Source: Haliotis rubra
Taxonomy: Eukaryota
NCBI RefSeq assembly: GCF_003918875.1
Contig: NW_025767134.1
Location: 744,001-808,000, forward strand
Direction: 5' to 3'
DNA: 64,000 bases
The notes under the pieces are model-generated. The model saw only the letters and a list, made by a program, of their open reading frames with translations, did not search any database and was not told the origin of the DNA. This document shows, piece after piece, positions 55,051-64,000 of this stretch. Positions within the stretch are counted from its first letter, which is position 1. Each line of letters starts with the position of its first letter. A program made the position numbers and the translations under genes.

Positions 55051-56172
55051 AGACAGACATATTTATTTGTATATGTGGCCTTGAGGCCAATAGTACATGT
55101 GTACAATAATAGCAGTGCATTTATGCGCAACCTGTAAATACGCGAGTTATAGGAACATAAATAAATCCATAAACACCCATTCACAATTTACATTTTTTCT
55201 CTCAACATAAGTATGTGGTACAACACAAGGGCTAGCTTAAACAACAAGTCAATGTTTTCTGTGCGAAGTAGCATACAGAATTTATGTCTCGACGGTTGGT
55301 TATAGAAAAAATAAGGCAAATATGTTTCTCTTATTTTCTAAATATTTCGGGCATACAAGTAATACATGGTACTCATCTTCTTGCGATAAATTGCAGAATG
55401 GACATTGGATATCTATTGCATTTGAAGTTTTGGCAAATCGCGCCGCTTGGACTTTGAAGTTGTAAGCGTTACATCTAAATTTAGTAAGCGTACGCTTAAG
55501 TTGTGGTGATTTAATCTTTGAAAGGTAAATTTCTGTATTAATACAATATTTATATTCTGAATAAAAGTTGACACAGGTTGACGACGTTATTTCATTATAC
55601 CAGTCCTGTTGATAAATGTCTTTGCATCTCTGCTTGAATAATTTGATGAAATATTGTGTATTACTTACATTTTGGGCGATCCATACATTTCCAAAGCCAT
55701 GACTAAAAATAATAGTTCTAACGAATGAAACCCAATTAATATCTCCGGTATCATCTAGTGTTTTAAGCATCTTGAATATCGTGAAATTGGTTGTCTCATC
55801 AATCTTAGCCAATATGCAATAACCCGACATCGGGCGTTAATAAACAGTGGAAAACGTCCACATTCAGCTAAAATAACCTTATTCGCAGTTCTGTAGCCAA
55901 CACGCAACAAGAACTTACAGAACTTTGAATGTACCTTTTCAATATTCTTGTTTATGTTAATGCCCCATATTTCAGAGCCGTACAACAGAATTGGTTGAAT
56001 TTTTCCATCAAACAGTTTAAATGATGCATGGATCGGTAATTCTTTATATTTGCATATGAATTTCTTTATGACATGTAGGGCTCGTTCAGCTTGCATAGAT
56101 AATGTTTCACAGGCTCTGGAGAATATATTTCTACACGAAAATATAATACCTAAATATTTGTAATATGACACC
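55051..56172 (-). mobile_element. 5'-truncated non-LTR retrotransposon (LINE ORF2 C-terminus; RTE-X-like by motif, inferred)
   Basis: YKYLGIIF..LFDGKIQPILLYGSEIWG..AECGRFPL and Zn-knuckle CPFC..EDEYHVLLVCPKY, with one frameshift. 14-bp TSD acacatgtgaagtc (55037-55050 / 56173-56186); empty site at ~40852-40865. Confidence 0.92.
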
Positions 56173-57096
56173 ACACATGTGAAGTCTATTTGATATAGTA
56201 TATCTCATGTTCTACGAATGTAAATGTTATCCCGGCAATAATTACTTGCAATTGTAATTGTAATTATATTTAATCTTTCAAGCTAGATCAGGAGATTGGA
56301 TGACCAAGTTGTCTACGGGATCACAATTCACTGTCCAGAGTTGCTTCCCTTGCCCACTCCGTGACCTTTGATCACGAGTTCGAATCTTGTTCGTCACTTC
56401 AGACTTTAAACCCACACTGGGCTTACAAGCCATGATATAGCTGGGAAAATGTTAAACCCTACTCACGTGCTCATTCACTCAAGTAGATGAAAGTACATTT
56501 ATGTTATAAAAACAACAAATGTTGGAATATTATTACTGCGCTGCTTTGTTTACATGCTACTTTCCAACCTCTAGATGTGAGGTTATTTCCCTAAACTCTT
56601 CACCATGATGTCATATGATAGTGTGGTAAAGACTGAAATGCATGTATATATATGTTTCACGGGTTTTCATTTTCTTGTAGATGTGAAGGTAAGTGTAAGC
56701 TGTCATGTGTGCATGTAAAAATTCTACATGTTGAAACAACTGTGACATTGCCTCGTAACAGCTCAAAAGGAACCTTATTTTGCCTATAAATAGGAAAATG
56801 AAATTAGGTTTGTCTCGAACAGTTACGCGCGGCAAATGGATATTTTCGGAAGTGTTTCTGATTATAACAGAAATATATCTTACATACTCACAATCTGAGA
56901 TCAAGGAATTGAGAAATTAATCTCTGTTGCTATTTGAAGATCCCATATTCAATCCACCTCACATATGAAAATACATACCAGCATATCACAAATTCGGTGT
57001 ATGAAAACGAAAGCTTTATTGTGCAATATGGATATACACAGAACAAGCACTATTTTTTGAACAACTAAAATGGTTTCATGGACATTTTTTCACCAA

Positions 57097-59596
57097 TTAC
57101 AATGTATTTGAAGCGGTGTTGACTTTGTCAGGTGTAAGATATTTCACATTGACACTTGCTAAATCAAGATGTTGTTCTATAGCTATTATAGAATCCGTCT
57201 TTCTAATGAGATTCTCAATACGCTGTTGAACTGGATTGTCGATGACTCCATCCCCTTCCTGATAAGTCTGTAGATCGGAGTTACTGACAGTCAAACCTAT
57301 TATGTTCCTCTCTGATGCATCATCTACCTCACTGTCCACCACGTCCACCTCTGGCGTTTCTGCAACAAGCGGTTCATAAGTCGAATCATGTCCACATTGA
57401 TGGACCAAAGCCACGTGATCTGCCGATGACATTGCACCATCAAACCTTGGAACTGATGTTCTGACTTTTACATTGTCCAAGGGGATATCCTTGTTTTGGA
57501 CAGGGCGTCTATTGGGTATCTGAGGCACAGGTAAGTTGTTACAGTCAGATTCAGATCCCAAATCCTTATCGTGGATGTCCCAGTACTTGTGTGCCCAGTA
57601 CTCACTACCATCACTCTGTCCCAGATCCTGAGGACTGGGAAATGGTTCCCTTCTGTGAAGAAAAGGACTGTTTAGTTCATGTTAAATTGAATATACACAT
57701 GTATATATATTGAACATATAGCTGTATCTATATAAAATGTTGTTATTTCAAGCATACCACATAGCATTTGAAATATGTGTAAACAGATTCAATTCTCAAA
57801 TTTCAGATTTACATTATATTTGTGTCTGCATATGAGGAAACAAGAATCTGTGACTAGGGAAGTTCTCTGCACTATTTTTTCCTATATGATTCTGCTGGTA
57901 CATGAACATTCTCACCTATTCTGACATTTGCTCTTGCGTCTGGTTAGAATGACCACAGCTAAGGTTGTTCCAAGCGTCACAAGCACTGCCAGTACTCCAG
58001 CTGTCACTTTCAGGGTCAATATAGTGTTACCTGCAGTGAAAAACATGCATCGTAAATGATGGTTGGAGCGAAAAGCCTAGAGGTTGAAGTTTTCATTCGT
58101 CATGCAGAAAGTCCAGTTTCGAATTCCCCAAACCGACACAACGTCTTTGCAAATTACGCTGTGCTCTTCCTCTAATATTGCTAAAAGCGACGTGCTAAAA
58201 GCGTCCGATGTATTTTTTACTCTTTAAAGGAAAGGTTCAATATTGTTCTCATCGTATGCCTAACCTTTGAAACAGGAACACTTTGTAAATAGTATATTGT
58301 ACATCATGTCAGACTCATCTATATTAACACACTCATCAATATTAACAAAGATACTATATAGTGGACAGTGGCAGTAATATTTCAAATAGGTTCAGGCCGT
58401 TGTATTTTTATATGCATTAATTTATCTTGCTACATATTAGGCTAATACTTTTACAGATACCTTCATATCATATGTCTTATGAACATGTCTGATATTTGGT
58501 AGAAGCTCGTGTGTACAAGTCACCTGAGTCACAGGCACCTCTTTGACAGAGACCGTCCGTACACCTCGTGTATCCATCGGCACAGAGAATACATCTCCCC
58601 GTGGTCTTGTCGCATCCAGCACAACTTGCAGGGCATTGTATTGAGCAGAAAGGACCGTAGTACTGGCTGTCTGGACATGATCCTATACATTGCCCACTAT
58701 GTTGTTCACACTGAGTACAGTTGGAGGGGCACGTTTCATTACAGTACGTCCCCGTGTAACCTGCCACGCAGCTACCACAGTCACCCTTGTCTTTATCACA
58801 TACATCTTGGCAGTAAGGAGAACAGGCAATATTACAGTACATTCCCCTGTTGCCTTCCACACATCTGTCACAGTACTCCCCACTGTAACCCTCAACGCAA
58901 CTTCTGCATTTGCCCGTGGCTTTCTTACAACCATCCAAACAGTTATCAGGACATGGGGTTTCACATTGTGAACCGTAATACTGGTCGTTTTGACATGATC
59001 CAATACAAGCATCTCCTGTTTGTTCACATCTTGTGCAAGATGAAGGACACAGAGATGCACAATTTTCCTTTCTTACCATCCACACATCCATCTGAACAAA
59101 CGGTACGGGTGTTGTTCATCTGACAGCGAGAGTTGAGACAGGTGTCTGGACAGTCATGTTCACACTGTTTACCGTAGAACCTGGAGTCCAGACACTGGAG
59201 ACACTCTCCAGATGACGTTAAATGGACGCAGCGTAGTAGACACACGCCATTGTCACAGGTAACGTTGTTACCGTTACACTCGTTACACGGCGTTGTTGAT
59301 GATGCAACTGCAGTTACAGTGAAAACATATTTACAAAAGAGAATAATCTTAGTACTAAAGGAAACACATCGTACAGCATAATGGCACAGTATAATTGAAT
59401 AAAACTGTTTGGAATGTACTTACTGCTATAAATAAAAACTTCATGATAAACTATTTCACAAAATTATCGAGTGATTGAGCGATCATGTTCTGGTGGTATG
59501 CGAAACTCTATTTGTTTACCAACCTGCTGGGGTACATGACAGCAGGATTACAAGTGTTGACATCAGGACTACCCAGAATGTCGTGCTTTTCTGCAT
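57097..59596 (-). pseudogene. Gene F': duplicate of F with 2-bp deletion in the EGF exon
   Basis: Leader 59596-59524, EGF 59307-58524 (784 bp; AAAGGAAAATTGT vs AAAGGAGAAAATTGT in F, ~59066), TM 58030-57916, tail 57652-57097. Confidence 0.85.
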
Positions 59597-60670
59597 CTTT
59601 CCCTTCAATAAAATGAATAATGAGGTCTGTATTAACTGAAACGTCAAGATTCCAATAATGCCAAACACTTACAAATTAAATAGACATGTCACTTCACGTG
59701 ATAGACAGAAGAGAGAGATCAGATTATGACTGTTAATGCCCTTCAAGATATGTAAAATATATGTACGCTGAATCTTTCATTTTCTTGCAAAATTGAATTT
59801 ATTGTCTTCAATAAGATTGTGTCTGATGTCACACTGATCATATTTTGATACCCTTTTGTAAGAATAAAAGTTGTTATTTATATATTTTTATATGTATGTT
59901 ATTCAAAAAGTTTGTGAATATAAACCTAAGTATTTGTTTAAAACGACAATTCCAAATTAATTCTTACTCCCTCATCAGGTGAAATGAATATTTACGTAAG
60001 GGTATTTTGACGCCTTTGCATAGTCCTATTAATATCACAAATCAGACAGGTTATTTCACATGATGGTTGTGAACTCAAAAACAGTAACAATTGAGGTCAT
60101 TTATTCAGGTAATTTGTACTTAAATGTTTTTCATACAAACACGGTGTCTCCCTTGTCTGTCCGAGATGGAGGCTAGATATATCATAACCACATGGATAAT
60201 AGGCTACATCGAAACGAGTTTCATTTGAAACTAAAATACTTCCTGCTTTCAGTGCAAAGTCCAGAGCTGTATTGCTCAGGTGCCGTATATTAGAGGTGTT
60301 AGTGAGTGAGTTGTCGATAATGAGTGAGGACACGAGTATGTTTTAATACCACTCCCAGCAATATCAAGTAGGCTCATCAGAAACGGATTTCCTATTATGT
60401 CTGTATGGGGAATCGAACCCGCACCTTCGGAAGGTGACGAACCAGGTCTTTACCCACTAAGCTACCCAAACGCCCTTTGTGGGCGATAGAATTTAAGAAT
60501 GAATTTATATGATAAAGTGGATATCACGGTTGTGTGTTTTGGTGTGTTTGATATCACTCTTGTGGAATAAACACTGTGTGTTAAGTGACCAGAGGTGTTA
60601 GATATATACACCGTATTCTGAAATAACTGCAGCAATCGGACTTCTATATATACGTGTATGTCGAGTGACG

Positions 60671-61145
60671 TGGGGCGTGGTGGGCGAGCTGGCTAAAGCG
60701 TCAGGCTAGTGTTCCAACGTGACGGTGACGGGATCGAGCCCACCTGTGAGCGGTGGTAAAAACCTTGGAGTCAACTTTGTGTGCAGACTCTCTCAGTGTT
60801 GTAACAACCCCTAGTGTACAGTGCACAACCCTGTGCACTTAAAAGAACCCACGAATCCGTTGGTATATGACCAGATGATGGCCACATGAATACGTGCAAA
60901 CACCTAGTGGCGGGTACAGCAACGTGCAGTAAACTTGGACAAAGTACTGTGACTAAATGTGTCCCAGTCCACCCAGTTGTGAATGGGTACCTCGTAAGGA
61001 TTGGAAAGCCACACTAACTCGGTGCGCCTAGTGGCTGCAAGAGTTGTATGCTCCCCGGGGAGTTGAGATTGATAATTCGGCGTGCCGTTGGGATTGACAT
61101 CCAGCTGAGCTGGATATCGGCGCTATACAAATGTATGTCTGTATG
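60671..61145 (+). mobile_element. Composite tRNA-derived SINE family 3, near full length
   Basis: tRNA-like head, internal aactttgtgtgcagactctc and gtccacccagttgtgaatgggtacc blocks, gcgctatacaaatg end followed by a simple-repeat tail. Confidence 0.8.
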
Positions 61146-61316
61146 TCTGNNNNNNNNNNNNNNNNNNNNNNNNNNNNNNNNNNNNNNNNNNNNNNNNNNN
61201 NNNNNNNNNNNNNNNNNNNNNNNNNNNNNNNNNNNNNNNNNNNNNNNNNNNNNNNNNNNNNNNNNNNNNNNNNNNNNNNNNNNNNNNNNNNNNNNNNNNN
61301 NNNNNNNNNNNNNNNN

Positions 61317-61391
61317 ATGTCTGTATGTATGTCTGTATGTATGTCTGTATGTATGTATGTATGTATGTATGTATGTATGTATGTATGTATG

Positions 61392-61420
<29 letters not shown>
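61317..61420. repeat. (TATG)n microsatellite
   Basis: About 25 tatg/tctg units next to an N gap. Confidence 0.95.
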
Positions 61421-61422
<2 letters not shown>

Positions 61423-61758
61423 TACGTGTACAAATATTTGAAATTGAATGAATTATTGTACAGAACAACAAACAGTGCATACATAGTGTATGCAAATCTC
61501 CACAGACCGGGATCTGTGTATCCAAGCCAGCCGGTGTAGGTCGGGGTGTAAAGCTTGCTTCTTTTCAACAAGGAAGTTAAATAGTTACACCTCATTTGAA
61601 ACCAATAGGATCTCTGCAATACTCTGTATAATGAAGCTGATATTTTTCTGATATTTTTCTCTTTTTTTCAAAATAAAAAACAATAACAATGTTCGTTTTA
61701 GCAATGTATAATGTGTGATACATGTAGTGAAAGTATGGTTGGGGTTTTATTTAACTGT

Positions 61759-62156
61759 GATATATAGAGAATCTCACCCAAGTGTCTTCCGATATCAATT
61801 ATATCAACACGAGTTGATAAAGTTAGAAATATCCGAGGCTTGCCGAGTATATTTTTACTCTTATCAACGAGTGTTGATATATTTGATATCAGAAGGCACG
61901 AGTTTGAGATTCTATTTATCATCCAAAATCACTCTTCGCTAATTTTCAATGAAAAATGTACATCTCTGAACATGTTACTGCCATTAGACTTGCAGTGCAG
62001 CGATGTCATAGCATTGTGACGTCATCAAGTACACGACGTCAAAGCATTGTCAGGGCATTGTACAAAATCTACTGTCAAAACGATATCTCCTAGGAGATAT
62101 CGTTTGATCTCACACAAGCGATATCTCCTGTGGAACACAGTTTTGGATGATAAATC
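61759..62156. mobile_element. Hairpin non-autonomous DNA element, complete copy
   Basis: Terminal palindrome 61762-61915 plus atttatcatccaaaa / ttttggatgataaat inverted repeats. Confidence 0.65.
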
Positions 62157-62499
62157 AGATTATTCCTTTTATGCACGTTATCAATATGTGATTATTGCTT
62201 TCGTAGTAGAAGTGAATTTCAACGAAGGCTGGTCAAACATAATAAAACCTCATGAGACATGTCAACATGTTTGCTGCAGCCACACTCTATTATATCACGA
62301 TCCATCATATCTATGACATTGGCATTCGCAAACATGTCAGTAAGCATTACATGTTTATTGCCATTTATATACTCTCCCCAGAATGAAACGCATATAGGAA
62401 TTTCAACTGTATTTTTATGTTTATTTTGAAACATCTTGTAGGCTTTATGAGTCAATGAAATATAGCGAAATTGCACACTGGGAATGCACACTTATCCGT

Positions 62500-63561
62500 C
62501 TTTGACACCAACTCGAGGAAAGTTAGTTTGAGTGTCACATGGAGACTTGTGGTGGCGCTGAAGTCAATACCTCATGTGAAAACAGTGGGCATCCCCCAGA
62601 ACTGCACGGCATTGCCTCGGCATCGAACGAATAAATCTCAGAATCTCGTGTTGCCCTATCGCAGCTCACTCTGTAGTGCCTGTGCGAGTTGCTGAAGTGT
62701 CTGGGGCTGAGGGTTACGGCGTCGCACCCGTCTGTCCAGGGCATCCCACAGATGTTCGATCGGGTTTAAGTCCGGTGATCTTGAGGGCCAGGGAAGTCTC
62801 TAGTGTGACGTGCTGTGTGGGGCCTGGCATTGTCCTGTTGAAACAACTCCCTCTAGCCATCAATGATTGGAAGGAGGTGTGGGCGTAGGATTTCGTCACA
62901 GTACCGTTGAGCTGTCAGGTTGGCCTGAATCATCACCTCTCCATCATCAAATCACTTCTCCTAGGGCAGGTGATATCTGCCCACATCAAAACACTTTCCC
63001 GGCCGAATCTGTCCACCTGGGGATCCCAATCGTCGGCAAAACGTTCACGTCGACGTCTGTATAACCGCATTCTTCCATCGCGTCGTTCCAATAGAAATCG
63101 TGATTCATCACTGAACTAGATTCTACGCCAATTCGGTAGGTTCCAGGCCTGAACGTTGGTGCACCATTGAACTTGATGTCGACGATGTTGCACAGGGCCA
63201 AAATAAGGTCTTCTGGCACGTAAACCAACCTCTCTCAACCTGTTCCTGACGGTCTGTGCAGAAAGCCTCCTCAATCCGGGTATTTGTCGAGCGGTACTGG
63301 TCGCCGTAGCTGTTCGATGACTCAGGTGAGGTACCCGGATGTAGCGATCCCCCTAACTTTCACGTGCATTACATGTCAATTGTGTATTCTGTGACACTAC
63401 ACACCGAAATTGAAAATCATGCTGTTAAATACGGGCATTTTACGATGGTGCGTTTTATAGCAATTATAAACAGAGCAAACCCTTTTGTAAAATGAATCAT
63501 GTTTTAATTCATTGCTGCATGAAATTGCTATTTTCATGATGCGTTTCTTTTTGGGGAGAGT
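62500..63561 (-). mobile_element. Decayed Tc1/mariner transposon
   Basis: TIR-like end tgcgtttctttttggggagag followed by TA. Minus-strand peptides SAQTVRNRLRE, FSDESRFLLERRDGR and FQQDNARPHTAR, with stops and frameshifts. Confidence 0.85.
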
Positions 63562-64000
63562 ATATATTGATTTCATTAAGCCAGAATGTCCTTTAGCTCT
63601 ACTTACTGTGTGTCATATATACATGTTCGCAGTGAAACAGGTTATACCCAAACATACCAAACTGCTAAATTCTATAGTCAACACCACTAGCGTTATATTA
63701 AGGGTTACCGTTAAGGGTTATACGCTTATTGATAGCAACACACATATTCAAGAGGTATATGCAAGATANNNNNNNNNNNNNNNNNNNNNNNNNNNNNNNN
63801 NNNNNNNNNNNNNNNNNNNNNNNNNNNNNNNNNNNNNNNNNNNNNNNNNNNNNNNNNNNNNNNNNNNNNNNNNNNNNNNNNNNNNNNNNNNNNNNNNNNN
63901 NNNNNNNNNNNNNNNNNNNNNNNNNNNNNNNNNNNNNNNNNNNNNNNNNNNAGTTCAAAATTCGGATAAAGTAAAAAGTGAAGGTACAAATTATGTGGCA

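Larger units (their letters stand above)
53312..62133. repeat. Segmental duplication, copy 2
   Basis: Matches 38161-47553. Differences: ~1 kb deletion in the E copy, a LINE insertion, a ~0.9 kb deletion near 61513, and absence of the 45812 SINE. Confidence 0.92.

Noticed and set aside
8255-59123. Long plus-strand and alternate-frame ORFs over the EGF exons (e.g. 17139-17615, 43135-43764, 51658-52485, 58509-59123)
   Set aside because: Shadow ORFs of repetitive Cys/Gly-rich codons; no independent coding signal.
1267-59596. Assigning gene symbols such as PTPRA/PTPRK, MEGF10 or SCARF1
   Set aside because: Similarity is at domain-family level only; orthology cannot be established from this window.
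10257-63989. ORFs containing long X runs (10.3, 12.0, 45.5, 47.7-48.5, 61.0, 63.7 kb)
   Set aside because: Artifacts of N gaps.

Overview
Animal (eukaryotic) genomic DNA, AT-rich and spliced, with several N gaps. The SINE and Tc1 content suggests a mollusc, possibly a gastropod, but that is inference. Most of the window is a head-to-tail tandem array of related type-I membrane receptor genes, all on the minus strand. Each has a leader exon (identified for most), one or two large Cys-rich EGF/laminin-EGF-like exons (MEGF10/SCARF/Draper-like), a phase 1-2 TM exon and a cytoplasmic part. The most 3' member (A, ~1.3-10.2 kb) has an intact single classical protein-tyrosine-phosphatase domain. The other seven (B, C, D, E, F, G, F') end in a single-exon tail with no recognisable catalytic domain. 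That tail carries two conserved blocks, [D/E]YWxxxYW[E/D]IxDxD and LIxKTDSIxxIExNCDLxxVxVxYLTP, separated by a hypervariable linker. Gene G has an ectodomain about 93% identical to that of the phosphatase A, which looks like a paired-receptor system. The array shows birth-and-death turnover: a ~9 kb segmental duplication (38.2-47.6 kb vs 53.3-62.1 kb), 1-2 bp frameshifts in several copies, exon remnants, and a DNA-level homogenised N-terminal module. Interspersed repeats are four decayed Tc1/mariner elements, a 5'-truncated LINE with a target-site duplication (TSD), at least three SINE families, hairpin elements, a ~120-bp tandem repeat and microsatellites. Exon coordinates were derived by hand from GT/AG sites and reading-frame phase; no database search was run.
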